Shown here piece after piece: positions 47,486 through 57,433 of a stretch of DNA of 64,000 bases. The notes beneath the pieces were generated by a model that saw nothing but the letters and a program-made list of their open reading frames with translations, was not told the DNA's origin and made no database searches. This stretch comes from Tubulanus polymorphus. Its lineage: Eukaryota; Animalia; Nemertea. Location: the NCBI RefSeq assembly GCF_964204645.1, contig NC_134036.1:5858600-5922599 (forward strand). Reading direction: 5' to 3'. The translations under genes were made by a program, and so were the position numbers. Position 1 is the stretch's first letter; the number at the start of each line of letters is the position of its first letter.

Positions 47486-48574
47486 ATGATGAAAAAAGAA
47501 CAATATTTAAGAGATTTATATTACAACCCAGAAAGTGAAGTTTCATATTCAAGTGTTTCGGAATTATGGGATAAAATTAAATCTGATAAAGAAAAAATAA
47601 AATATAGTGAATTAAAATCATGGTTACAAAATCAACCAACATATCAAATTCATAAAAAGATGGATAAAAAATATTTAACAAGAAAAGTTATGGTTTCATA
47701 TATCGATCAGCAATGGCAAGCTGATTTAATTGATATGAAAAACTTAGAAGAATATAACAAAGGATATTTTTGGATACTGAATGTTATAGATATATTCAGT
47801 AGATACGCATGGAGTATCCCGATAAAAAATAAAACTGGTATAGAAGTAACAAATGCTTTTAAATCTATATTTAAAGAAGCTATTCCAGATAAGATACAAT
47901 TTGATGAAGGTAAAGAATTTTATAACAAACATTTCAAAAAACTATTATCTGATAACGATGTAGAATATTTTTCAACACATTCAGATAAAAAAGCATCTGT
48001 TATAGAAAGATTTAATAAAACATTGAAAACTAGAATGTGGAAATATTTTACTGCTAATGAAACATATAAATATATCGATGTGTTAGATGATTTAGTTAAA
48101 GGTTATAATAATTCTAAACATAGTTCTATAAATATGAAACCTATACAAGCTAGAAAAGAAGAAAATTCAGAAATAGTTTGGAATAATTTATATGGAGCAT
48201 TTGTTACACATGATTTTGGAGAACCTAAATTTAAAATAGGACAACACGTAAGAATTTCTAAATATCGAAAAACATTTTATAAAGGTTATACCCCTAATTT
48301 TACAGAAGAAATATTCAAGATTAAAAAGATAATATTAACTAAACCATTTGTTTATAAATTGTTTGATTTAAAAGATGAAGAAATATTAGGTTATTTTTAT
48401 GAACAAGAATTATCATTAGTACCAAATCCAGATGAAATAGAATACAAAATAGAAAAGGTATTGAAAACAAAAACTCTTAAAGGAAAAAAGTATTCTTTGG
48501 TGAAATATAAAGGATATGATGATAAATTTAATGAATGGATTTTATCTAGTAAAATTAAAAGAATAAATGAATAA
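47486..48574 (+). CDS. int: Retroviral-like (rve) DDE integrase with C-terminal chromodomain
   Basis: WQADLIDM, IDIFSRYAW, IQFDEGKEF, KASVIERFNKTLK; chromo-like YKIEKVL...LVKYKGYDDKFNEWI. Confidence 0.96.
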   Translation: MMKKEQYLRDLYYNPESEVSYSSVSELWDKIKSDKEKIKYSELKSWLQNQPTYQIHKKMDKKYLTRKVMVSYIDQQWQADLIDMKNLEEYNKGYFWILNVIDIFSRYAWSIPIKNKTGIEVTNAFKSIFKEAIPDKIQFDEGKEFYNKHFKKLLSDNDVEYFSTHSDKKASVIERFNKTLKTRMWKYFTANETYKYIDVLDDLVKGYNNSKHSSINMKPIQARKEENSEIVWNNLYGAFVTHDFGEPKFKIGQHVRISKYRKTFYKGYTPNFTEEIFKIKKIILTKPFVYKLFDLKDEEILGYFYEQELSLVPNPDEIEYKIEKVLKTKTLKGKKYSLVKYKGYDDKFNEWILSSKIKRINE

Positions 48575-49181
48575 AGATTTATTTATATTTGAACCACATA
48601 ATATGTTAGTTACTGGAGTTACAAATTGTGGTAAAACACATTTCATATTAGATTTATTAGAAACTATTTATAAGAATCATTTTGATAATATAATATTATT
48701 CTGTCCTACATATGAAATGAATGAAACGTATAATAGAGATATAGTTTTTAAAGATAAAAAGTTTATTATATTAAATTCTAAAACAGTGAAAGATAATTTA
48801 GATAATTGTATAAAAATTGCATTAGATATTTATAAAGGATCAAATACATTATTTATTATTGATGATTGCGCAAATTTACATGATTCTAAAATTAGAGAAA
48901 GTGAGTTATGTTATTTAGCTTTCTCTGGTAGACATTTTGGGATAACAACTTGGGTTTTAAATCAGAAATATAATTCAATTGTGAAAGATTTTAGAGAGAA
49001 TATAAGATTTCTAGTTTTATTCTACAACAAAGATAGAAAATCTATGCAACAATCATTGGAAGAAAATCAAATTATACCTCCTGAATTACATGATGAATAT
49101 ATGAATAAATTAAAAAATAATAAAGGTTCAAAATTATTACTGAGATTACAATTTCCATATGAATATAAATTTATAAAATAA
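48567..49181 (+). CDS. A32/FtsK-like DNA packaging ATPase
   Basis: Walker A GVTNCGKT, Walker B LFIIDD, SGRHFGITTWVLNQ (Arg finger and Gln). Confidence 0.93.
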   Translation: MNKDLFIFEPHNMLVTGVTNCGKTHFILDLLETIYKNHFDNIILFCPTYEMNETYNRDIVFKDKKFIILNSKTVKDNLDNCIKIALDIYKGSNTLFIIDDCANLHDSKIRESELCYLAFSGRHFGITTWVLNQKYNSIVKDFRENIRFLVLFYNKDRKSMQQSLEENQIIPPELHDEYMNKLKNNKGSKLLLRLQFPYEYKFIK

Positions 49182-49199
49182 CTATTTGTATACCTATGT

Positions 49200-49310
49200 A
49201 TTAGATACCCTATTATATACCCTAATACCTGATACCCTAATACCTGATACCTTAATACCTGATACCTTAATACCTGATACCCTAATACCTGATACCCTAT
49301 TAGATACCTT
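49200..49310. repeat. 15-bp tandem repeat between convergent gene blocks
   Basis: (ctaatacctgatacc)n, about 7 units. Confidence 0.9.
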
Positions 49311-49367
49311 AAATAATTTAAACCCCCTTTTTTATTTACTATTATTTTATACAATTTTAAACCTTTA

Positions 49368-50339
49368 TTATTCGAGTTTTAGATAATCAATTTCTGAATC
49401 ACTTTCACTATCAGACGCTAACAATTTATTTAAATGCTCTACCGAATCTTCTTCAATATCTTTATAATTTTTTTTCACCTTTTTCACCTTTTTCACCTTT
49501 TTTACCTTTTTCATATTTTTTACTAAATCATCAATAGTTGTTTCATTTTTAAACTTATTCTTCCAATCAAATTTATTATTATTTTCTACTTTAAGTTTTA
49601 TAGAATCTTTATTATCAATATGTTTAACTGTAACTATATCATCATGTGGGTGTATGGCACCATTTTCATTATCATCTTTATTAGTGTTTGCTCCTAATAT
49701 TTCATTTACAGTGTTTGATCCTAATATTTCATTAGCATCGGTTAAATCTAATTCATCTTTATTAGGTGTTGCTAATAAAAAATCTTCATATAATTCTTTA
49801 CCATTTACTTTTTTATTTGAAACAAACTTTGTAACATATCTAAATGGGTGTTCTATAAATTCTCTTAAACCAACACGTTCTATAACATTAGTAATATGTG
49901 AATTTGTATTTATATGTTTATTCCAATTTGATGGAGCGTTTGAAAATTCACCATTACAATAACCACAATAATTTCTATTTTCACTAACATCTAATATTAT
50001 TGTATTATTATATGTAGAAGGTATTATATTATTTGATGTAGAGGGTATTACAGATGTAGAAGGTATTATGTTATTAGATGTAGAAGGTATTACATTATAA
50101 GATGTAGAAGGTATTACGTTATTAGATGTAGAAGGTATTACATTATTATCAATTACATTACTTAAATTATCAACAACTTCACTTTTATTATTATCGATTT
50201 CTATTAGTTTAGTTTTATAATTTTTAAAAATAGGATCAAATATCAAAGCTATATTACAAGGTATTACATAATATAAACCATCATTATTTTCATGTGTATC
50301 GATGTATGGAATATGTTTATATACTTTACCTCCTTCCAT
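49368..50339 (-). CDS. Maverick hypothetical protein with C2H2-type zinc finger, VIPSTSNN repeats and (KKV)n tail
   Basis: YCGYC...WNKHINTNSH; 24-bp coding repeats at ~50010-50150; TAAATG start. Confidence 0.8.
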   Translation of the reverse strand: MEGGKVYKHIPYIDTHENNDGLYYVIPCNIALIFDPIFKNYKTKLIEIDNNKSEVVDNLSNVIDNNVIPSTSNNVIPSTSYNVIPSTSNNIIPSTSVIPSTSNNIIPSTYNNTIILDVSENRNYCGYCNGEFSNAPSNWNKHINTNSHITNVIERVGLREFIEHPFRYVTKFVSNKKVNGKELYEDFLLATPNKDELDLTDANEILGSNTVNEILGANTNKDDNENGAIHPHDDIVTVKHIDNKDSIKLKVENNNKFDWKNKFKNETTIDDLVKNMKKVKKVKKVKKVKKNYKDIEEDSVEHLNKLLASDSESDSEIDYLKLE

Positions 50340-50371
50340 TTATTATATATATTTTTATTAAAGTTAAAATT

Positions 50372-51619
50372 TTAATACATAACACTATCTAACTGTGAAT
50401 CTACAATATTTAATTGCGCATCAGATATAATATAAATATGCATTTTAAAATTTTTGATTCCCTTTTTCTTTGTCATGAATAATTGTATTCCATCTTTTGT
50501 ATTTTGTAGTTTTTTCCCAGAACCATGTAATGAATTATCCTCTGTTGTTCTAAAATCTAACCATAATGCATATTTATTACCGGTATAATAGTCAATTTGA
50601 TTAATATTACAATTTTCAAATGATTTTATTTTTTCATTCATAAAATGTTTTTTAATTTCTACCCATTGATCTATCATTCTCATTCCTTGACAAAATATTT
50701 TATTTGCTATTCCTTCGATAGTTATTTCTACTTTTGTTATTTCAGGATTATAATAATTATCAACATTTATTGCGCCATTAGTATACGTTCCAATGGTAAA
50801 AAATATTAATATACCTTTAATAGATCTTCTAGGAAAGTTAATATTCTCATTAATAATTTCATCATTTGCATTAAAAGTTACAGTTTTAAATTTATCAATA
50901 TAATCATATAATAATGAAAATCCTTGATTGTATTGAGTTTGAATTATAGTTGAAATATTTTCATCAGTTACTGTATCATATTCTAAACATATATTCGATA
51001 ATTTATAACTCATATCTTTAACAACGCTAGATAATACAATTTCATTTACAGGAGCAAATGTTATCTCAAATATAATATCTTCTTGAATTGCGTATTTATA
51101 TAAAGGTGCATTATTATTTATCAATTCAAAATCTAATGGAATTTTATATTTACTTCCATATATACTTTTTATCAATTTATCTACATCATTAGTTAATATT
51201 GCGCTATTAGCTTCTGATCTTAATCTATTTTGGTTTTCTGATTGGATGCCTTGAAATATCATATTATTTCTATTTTCTTTAGTTAACCATAAATCTTTAT
51301 AGTGCATAAATAAATTATAATCATCTAATGAGAAAACTGTTTCCGGACCAATCTTTATTGTTAACTTTTTAATCAAATATCTTCCAACATTATCAACAAC
51401 ATAATTATTATTATTACCGATTACTTTTATATCAGCGGATAAATAAATACTATTTGGAACGTAAAAAGTATTTTGTGTTAATCGAGGGATTCTAACGTAT
51501 AAAGTTTCATCGGGATTAATATTTGAAGGGTTATGAGTAATTATATGATGTGATCTTTCTGCTTTAATAGCATTAGATATTCTATTATTCTTAGAAGGAT
51601 TGATATAACTCCCACTCAT
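50372..51619 (-). CDS. Putative major capsid protein (double jelly-roll)
   Basis: 415 aa, beta-rich; motifs ITHNPSNI...LYVRIPRL, YKLSNICLEYD, ENINFPRRSIKGILIFF and YALWLDFRT...LHGSG resemble invertebrate Polinton MCPs (from recall, not a search). Confidence 0.75.
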   Translation of the reverse strand: MSGSYINPSKNNRISNAIKAERSHHIITHNPSNINPDETLYVRIPRLTQNTFYVPNSIYLSADIKVIGNNNNYVVDNVGRYLIKKLTIKIGPETVFSLDDYNLFMHYKDLWLTKENRNNMIFQGIQSENQNRLRSEANSAILTNDVDKLIKSIYGSKYKIPLDFELINNNAPLYKYAIQEDIIFEITFAPVNEIVLSSVVKDMSYKLSNICLEYDTVTDENISTIIQTQYNQGFSLLYDYIDKFKTVTFNANDEIINENINFPRRSIKGILIFFTIGTYTNGAINVDNYYNPEITKVEITIEGIANKIFCQGMRMIDQWVEIKKHFMNEKIKSFENCNINQIDYYTGNKYALWLDFRTTEDNSLHGSGKKLQNTKDGIQLFMTKKKGIKNFKMHIYIISDAQLNIVDSQLDSVMY

Positions 51620-51685
51620 TTATTTAACAAAAAAATAATTAATTTTTGATATCATGGTTTACTTGATATTTTTTGATATCATGGT

Positions 51686-53383
51686 TTACTTGATATCTTT
51701 TGATATCATATTCACTAACCCAAAAATAATAGCACTTACAACTGTAATTAAAAATAAAATAATATGTTCAGCAGCAAAGTTAATAATGTTTCCTGCAGAT
51801 TTCAATATAAAACCAACAATTGATGCAATAACTCCTGGTAATGCTGCAGCAGATTTTTTAGATAGTTCCCATAAATATTTTGCTAATTTCTTTAAACCAT
51901 CTTTAACTTTATCTTGCATAGAATTATTGTTTGGAGGTTTATCTGGTTTATTGGGAGTAGGAGTAGATTTTAAAGCATTTGATATTACTAAACCAATTGT
52001 TGTAAATACCATAGTTACAGATGTTAGAATTGAAAGAATTGTTATTCCTTCTAACTTAAATAATAACTTTATTCTGTCTTTTAATGATATTTCAGAATTT
52101 GGTTTAATCAACAAATCTTTAAAAATAACTTTTAATCTATTAATATTATAATCATATGATTTTAATAATAATTTAATTTCTTCTTTTTGTAATTCTATGT
52201 TATATTCTAAATCATCTATTTCTTTTTCTAAATATACATTTCTTTTTTTAAATTCGATTTCTTCAATAACTTGATTATCTCTATCTAATTTTAGTTGTTC
52301 TATTTCTTTATTTTTATCAGTTCTATCTTTTTCTAAAAATCTAATTTTAATATCTCTTTTACTTTTTTCATGCGCAATTTTATCAGCTGATTCTTGCATA
52401 CCTTTAATTTCTCTACGTGTTTGTTCAGGAAATGCTTCTAATTCATCATCAGTTAAATCAAGTAATCCTTTTTCTAGTAAAGATTGTATTCGATTTATTC
52501 CAGCACTATTCATCAGTTCTTCTGAATCTCTTAATCTATCAATTTGTTTTTCTAATTGTAATTTACTTGAATCATTATCAATTTGTTGAGTGTCTCTTCT
52601 AGATGTTTCGGGTGTTGAAGATCTTAATCTATCTAATCGATTTCTATTCTCTTCCATTTCTGGATCAAAATCAGTAGGATTTGGATTTGGATTTTTAAAT
52701 GGATTTTTAAATGGTGAATATTTGTTTATATCAATTTTAGGAATTGGTTCTTCTTCATTTATTCTATCGAGTGCATTCCATATAATTCTGAGAAATTCTG
52801 TGCCACCTTTTGAATGTTCAATTGTAGATAATGCTCGCATTTCAGGTTCATAAATATTTTCTTGACCCATTTTAGATAATTGAATTGATACAATTTTGTT
52901 ATTTAAATCAAGATTATAATACCATGCATCATTTTTAAATTCTAAATTATTCATGAAATATGGGTCATCTTTAAAAATTTGTTCTACAACACCTTTTGGA
53001 TCAATTTCATGTATTACAGCTATTGGTAGTAATTCGCTAACAATTGTATCTGTTACTTTAGATTTCATTTTATATAATTCCAAACGTTCATTAGGATATT
53101 TTTCTTCTTGTTTTACTAATAATTCCATGAATTCTTTTCTTTCTGTTCTAGTTGAAATTTTACCACTTTCAAGAGCTTCTAAATATTTATTTAATTTTTC
53201 ACGTACTTCGGTATTAATTCCATCATCATCATCATAATCATCTTCACCTAAATTAGTATTATATGCTGATTCATCATCATAATCAATATTAGTTTCTGTA
53301 TCATTATAATCATCATCAATATATCCTTCATTATTATTTCCCATTTCTCCCATTTCATAATCTTCTCCACCTTCTACATCCAT
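51686..53383 (-). CDS. Maverick 565-aa protein: acidic N-terminus, long coiled coil, C-terminal hydrophobic/amphipathic helices (candidate membrane-penetration protein)
   Basis: GITILSILTSVTMVFTTIGLVI, ALPGVIASIVGFIL and IILFLITVVSAIIFGLV segments. Confidence 0.8.
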   Translation of the reverse strand: MDVEGGEDYEMGEMGNNNEGYIDDDYNDTETNIDYDDESAYNTNLGEDDYDDDDGINTEVREKLNKYLEALESGKISTRTERKEFMELLVKQEEKYPNERLELYKMKSKVTDTIVSELLPIAVIHEIDPKGVVEQIFKDDPYFMNNLEFKNDAWYYNLDLNNKIVSIQLSKMGQENIYEPEMRALSTIEHSKGGTEFLRIIWNALDRINEEEPIPKIDINKYSPFKNPFKNPNPNPTDFDPEMEENRNRLDRLRSSTPETSRRDTQQIDNDSSKLQLEKQIDRLRDSEELMNSAGINRIQSLLEKGLLDLTDDELEAFPEQTRREIKGMQESADKIAHEKSKRDIKIRFLEKDRTDKNKEIEQLKLDRDNQVIEEIEFKKRNVYLEKEIDDLEYNIELQKEEIKLLLKSYDYNINRLKVIFKDLLIKPNSEISLKDRIKLLFKLEGITILSILTSVTMVFTTIGLVISNALKSTPTPNKPDKPPNNNSMQDKVKDGLKKLAKYLWELSKKSAAALPGVIASIVGFILKSAGNIINFAAEHIILFLITVVSAIIFGLVNMISKDIK

Positions 53384-53399
53384 TTACATAATAAAAAGA

Positions 53400-54788
53400 T
53401 TAAAATTTAAAATATAATATTCCTCCGATTACAATTCCTATACAAGTTATAGCTAATTTAGTATTTTCATGGGATTTATTATCATCATTTAGTTTAATTA
53501 TATCATGTTGAATTTTATCAGTTCTATTATTTTCTGTAGTATTGTAATCTTTTATTTTAGAATCATTATCCAATTTAATATTCTTAGTTTTAGTTTCAGT
53601 TGATTGAATATGTTTTTTATTTTTTTCACCTTCCATTAATTTTGGAGCAGTAATAATCTTTTTATTTATATCATTTAATCCAAATGAATTATTTATTGTT
53701 GCAGTTTTAATTAGATTATTATAACCAATTATGTTTCCCATCTTTAATACTAAATCATTAGAAATAATTAATAGATTAGGGCCTATACAATAATTAAGTC
53801 TTACATGAGATTTATCTAAATAATTTTGATATCTTATAATGTTTTCTGGAATCGATCTATTTTTATCATTATGAATTGAATCTTCAAATAAAACTTTAAA
53901 TTGTTTTTGTGTATCAAATGATGTATTCAAATTTCCAATTATCGGTGATCTTGTTTCAACTTGTGATCCTAGAATACAAATCAAATAAATTCTAATAGAT
54001 TGATTTATTCTTTCTATACCTGATTTTGTAAAACCTTCACTATTTTCTAAAATAAAATAAACCCAACCATTATTGTTTTCTTGTTTTAAATTATCATAAA
54101 ATTTTGGTAATTTATTGAAATTTAATGTTTCTAAATCCTTTGTTTCTATTTTACCATAACCTAATTTATTATTATAGATATTATAAAAACTATTAGATGG
54201 TATGGGAAGTGCACAATATTCTGCAATCTTTTTAGGGCAAGGAAGTGATCTTATTGTTCCAATTTTTGTTCTAAAATCAGAATTATTTATATCTATATTA
54301 AATTCATTGCAAATTTTATAAAACTTAGATAAATTAATATTATTATCTAATTCTTTAAAATATCTAGATCCTGGTAAAGCGCACTCTAATTCATTTAATA
54401 TTATTCTGATTTGAAAATATGTATGAAATCTAAATAAACTTTGAATTAGTTTATATTTAGAATTATTCAAATGATCATTCCAACTTATTCCACATCCTGT
54501 TGTTGCACAATAAACAGCAAAATTTAATTGGTTCTGCCAATACTTCATATTAGATTTTAATAACCATTGTTTTTCATCTTTCGATTTTTTAAAATTAATT
54601 AAATATACATGAAATATATTTTCCATCTTTGTATTAAAATTATTAGTTTCAGTAACATAAATTTCTAAATTAGTTAATGAATCTAAAACTTCATTTCTAT
54701 ATGTAATATCTTTATTAAAATCTATTGCTGGAATATTATATTTAATTGATTTATTATATTGGAAAGCTTTTGGAAAACTATCTGCCAT
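53400..54788 (-). CDS. Maverick 462-aa protein with C-terminal membrane anchor
   Basis: WQNQLNFAVYCATTGCGIS and FRFHTYFQIR motifs; tail LAITCIGIVIGGILYF. Confidence 0.8.
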   Translation of the reverse strand: MADSFPKAFQYNKSIKYNIPAIDFNKDITYRNEVLDSLTNLEIYVTETNNFNTKMENIFHVYLINFKKSKDEKQWLLKSNMKYWQNQLNFAVYCATTGCGISWNDHLNNSKYKLIQSLFRFHTYFQIRIILNELECALPGSRYFKELDNNINLSKFYKICNEFNIDINNSDFRTKIGTIRSLPCPKKIAEYCALPIPSNSFYNIYNNKLGYGKIETKDLETLNFNKLPKFYDNLKQENNNGWVYFILENSEGFTKSGIERINQSIRIYLICILGSQVETRSPIIGNLNTSFDTQKQFKVLFEDSIHNDKNRSIPENIIRYQNYLDKSHVRLNYCIGPNLLIISNDLVLKMGNIIGYNNLIKTATINNSFGLNDINKKIITAPKLMEGEKNKKHIQSTETKTKNIKLDNDSKIKDYNTTENNRTDKIQHDIIKLNDDNKSHENTKLAITCIGIVIGGILYFKF

Positions 54789-54804
54789 TTATATAATTAA
54801 AAAA

Positions 54805-55239
54805 TTAATAATTTATTAATTCTTTTAATAATTTATCTTGTTCTTCAACTGTTATATGACCATTTAAACTTATTATATAATCTAGTGTGTTCTTTAATTT
54901 ATTAATTTCTTTTATATTAATTTTAATTTTTTCTTTATTACTTTTTATATTTAATTTTGAACTTATACCAGTTAAAACACTTGAACTTAATCCTAACACA
55001 CCAATTGATATAGCTAAAGGTGTTAATGGACTGAATATTGCTAGAAATGTTATTACAGAACTAATTGTAACCGAACCACTGATAATCAAATAATATATAA
55101 TTTTACTTTTTAAATATTTTTTCTTTTTTATCTTTAAGTCACTTTCAAATTCTAATATTTGTTTTTCTAAATATGTTTTTAATTTAGTTTTATTTATATC
55201 ATGAGGAATAATATCAATACTATCAACTTTATCTTCCAT
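54805..55239 (-). CDS. Maverick 144-aa two-TM membrane protein
   Basis: IIYYLIISGSVTISSVITFLAIF and LAISIGVLGLSSSVLTGI between basic coiled segments. Confidence 0.78.
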   Translation of the reverse strand: MEDKVDSIDIIPHDINKTKLKTYLEKQILEFESDLKIKKKKYLKSKIIYYLIISGSVTISSVITFLAIFSPLTPLAISIGVLGLSSSVLTGISSKLNIKSNKEKIKINIKEINKLKNTLDYIISLNGHITVEEQDKLLKELINY

Positions 55240-55259
55240 TTATTTAACAAAAAAAATTA

Positions 55260-55682
55260 CTAATTAGTAAACTTATAAGCAACAAATATAACAATAACTG
55301 TTCCACCTAAAATCCAAATTATTTCATATTTCTGTTGTTCTTTACTTGGGGTATAATAATCTGATAATTTAGGTTTGTATAGATGTAATTTTTCTTTATT
55401 GGTTACTGTGTTATATAAACTCATTGCATCATCAACTGATTGAAAATCTCTGTGTGAAATCTTCTGATCGTATAATTCTTTATTGATGTAATCCATATAG
55501 TTTTGTCTCTTTTCTCTATATTCTTCTACAGCTTTATTGTATTTCTCTAACGCTAAGTTATGTCTTCTTTGTTCTCCTAATGAACTATTTTTATCAATAT
55601 GTTTAAATAAATAACCACCACCAGTAAATGCTAAAGCGTTAACAATTGCTGATCCTATAATAGTTATAATTGCAGAAGCCAT
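55260..55682 (-). CDS. Maverick 140-aa membrane protein
   Basis: Hydrophobic N-terminus MASAIITIIGSAIVNALAFTGGGYLF, EQRRHNLALEK, C-terminal TM IIWILGGTVIVIFVAY. Confidence 0.8.
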   Translation of the reverse strand: MASAIITIIGSAIVNALAFTGGGYLFKHIDKNSSLGEQRRHNLALEKYNKAVEEYREKRQNYMDYINKELYDQKISHRDFQSVDDAMSLYNTVTNKEKLHLYKPKLSDYYTPSKEQQKYEIIWILGGTVIVIFVAYKFTN

Positions 55683-55706
55683 TTATTTAGCAAAAAAATT
55701 ATGTAT

Positions 55707-55928
55707 TTATATGGGAGGAATACATTTTTGTTTTTCCAAATGACCAATAGTTAAATTAGATAAAGTAACTGCTAATGTTAACTTTAAAATATCATTTATA
55801 TCAAATCTATCAACATTAACACTTCCCATTTTGAATACTTTTTTTAATACCATTGAATAACCAACAGTTCCAACTGATAGTAATGCGCCATTATATAATC
55901 CAGTTATTATCCACTTATAATCACTCAT
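55707..55928 (-). CDS. Maverick 73-aa hydrophobic protein
   Basis: Two hydrophobic segments; T-run plus TAAATG start like its neighbours. Confidence 0.72.
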   Translation of the reverse strand: MSDYKWIITGLYNGALLSVGTVGYSMVLKKVFKMGSVNVDRFDINDILKLTLAVTLSNLTIGHLEKQKCIPPI

Positions 55929-56270
55929 TTATTTATCAAAAAAATTACTATCATCAAAATATTTAGTTATCTTATTTATGATTATTTCAACATTTATTTC
56001 ATTACTAGTTTTATGATTATCATATATTTTGGATAATATGTTTTTAATATCATCAATAATTCCATCTTCATTTAATTCATAATATTCTAAAGGTGATTTA
56101 ATTAAATCAATTACTTTTTCTATATTATACTTTTCTTTATCAATCATTGATGTATTGTTAAATGATTTACTTTTTATATCAGTAATTACATCATTTAGTT
56201 TAATTCTCATTTCTTTACCATGTTTAAAATCAAACCCAAAACATATACTCGGTCCAACAGTTATATTCAT
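55929..56270 (-). CDS. Maverick hypothetical protein (113 aa)
   Basis: Intact ORF, T7-N7-TAAATG start; its stop abuts the next ATG. Confidence 0.7.
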   Translation of the reverse strand: MNITVGPSICFGFDFKHGKEMRIKLNDVITDIKSKSFNNTSMIDKEKYNIEKVIDLIKSPLEYYELNEDGIIDDIKNILSKIYDNHKTSNEINVEIIINKITKYFDDSNFFDK

Positions 56271-56287
56271 TTATATAGTGAAAAAAA

Positions 56288-57046
56288 TTACTCTCTACAT
56301 CTTATAACTAATTCATATATCACAGGGAAATTATTCAAATCAATTAAGTATCCATTATGATTTCTAATTTCTAATCTAAAATTATTAAAACGAGGAATGC
56401 ATGGTTTGAAATCACATTCTGTTAAATTATAATTTATTTGCGTTCCAAATTCTTTAACATTCTTCAATGGTAAAATGTTTAGTAAACCAGAATTACAAGT
56501 TATATCTTTAGTTGCTTCGAATGTTTTTGTAGGATCGATTAAATTGCAATAAATATAAAAATGTGTAAAAGGCATTATATTTGGTGTAGCATCAGCATTG
56601 CGTATCCTTATATCTGGGGTTATTCCTAAAATTTTAGCTAAAGGTTTTTTAACTAGAAATTGATGTTGATCTTCATTACCTAATTTTATTCTTATTTTAT
56701 CAGAACTATCACTTTTAATCAGTCTTAATCCAAATCCAGCAGATGCACCCATTTTCAACCGAGCTCTTCTATTAATTTCTTGAGCTAATGTTTCTAAATT
56801 ATATAATCCTGGTTTAAGATAAAGATGAAACCATTTACTTTTATTTCTATCATGAATTAAAAAGACTCTATGTTCAATAGACTTATCCGATACATTGTAA
56901 AAAGAATTACATAAACTTATATTTACTAATTTTAAATCTACACAATTCTTAAATTCTCTGTCTAATTGTACTAATAAATTATGTGATTTATAATTTGTAA
57001 GTTTTCTAGAATCAACAAATATTCTATATTCTTTTAATTCCGCCAT
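56288..57046 (-). CDS. Putative minor capsid protein (penton, single jelly-roll)
   Basis: IFVDSR...SFYNVS...LKPGLYNLETL...LAKILG...FYIYCNLI...LEIRNHNGYLIDLNNFPVIYELVI pattern typical of Polinton/virophage mCP. Confidence 0.8.
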   Translation of the reverse strand: MAELKEYRIFVDSRKLTNYKSHNLLVQLDREFKNCVDLKLVNISLCNSFYNVSDKSIEHRVFLIHDRNKSKWFHLYLKPGLYNLETLAQEINRRARLKMGASAGFGLRLIKSDSSDKIRIKLGNEDQHQFLVKKPLAKILGITPDIRIRNADATPNIMPFTHFYIYCNLIDPTKTFEATKDITCNSGLLNILPLKNVKEFGTQINYNLTECDFKPCIPRFNNFRLEIRNHNGYLIDLNNFPVIYELVIRCRE

Positions 57047-57063
57047 TTATTTTACATATTTTC

Positions 57064-57405
57064 TTATTCGAAATCTATTTCATGGTGCCCTTTTTCATTC
57101 TTACCTTTGTATACGAAATAGAAATCTCCAGAACATAATTCTTCTAGATCTTCACTTGATAATCTATGAAATCTATCTGGTAAATAAGTTCTGAATTTAT
57201 ATTTATTTCCTTTTAATCCTTCATATTCTAAATGAATTATTAATTTATCTCCATATTTATTAGTAATTGTTTCAATGTTAGTAATTAAATATTTCTTGTG
57301 AATTGATAATTCTGTTAACTTTTTGAATTTATAATCTACAGATTTGACGTTTGAAGTATCTTTAATTCTATCTAAGAATTCACTGTGTACTTGTTTACTC
57401 TCCAT
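57064..57405 (-). CDS. Maverick 113-aa protein, possible OB-fold ssDNA-binding protein
   Basis: FKKLTEL...YLIT...TNKYGDKLIIHL...TYLPDRF beta-rich pattern, adjacent to pPolB; function is inferred. Confidence 0.65.
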   Translation of the reverse strand: MESKQVHSEFLDRIKDTSNVKSVDYKFKKLTELSIHKKYLITNIETITNKYGDKLIIHLEYEGLKGNKYKFRTYLPDRFHRLSSEDLEELCSGDFYFVYKGKNEKGHHEIDFE

Positions 57406-57433
57406 TTATTATAGAAATTTTTATTGAAATTGA

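Noticed and set aside
49067-49386. ORFs with LIPDT or YQVLG repeats
   Set aside because: Translations of the 15-bp tandem array; they lack the TAAATG start used by real Maverick genes.
51654-53237. Plus-strand ORFs opposite the 565-aa gene (also 49654-49962, 54887-55093, 45169-45508)
   Set aside because: Antisense shadows or repeat-derived.
45620-57420. TAAATG explained only as stop-start translational coupling
   Set aside because: The TAA is the upstream gene's stop in only one case (55929/55928); elsewhere the stops are separate or overlap differently, so the motif is independent of coupling.
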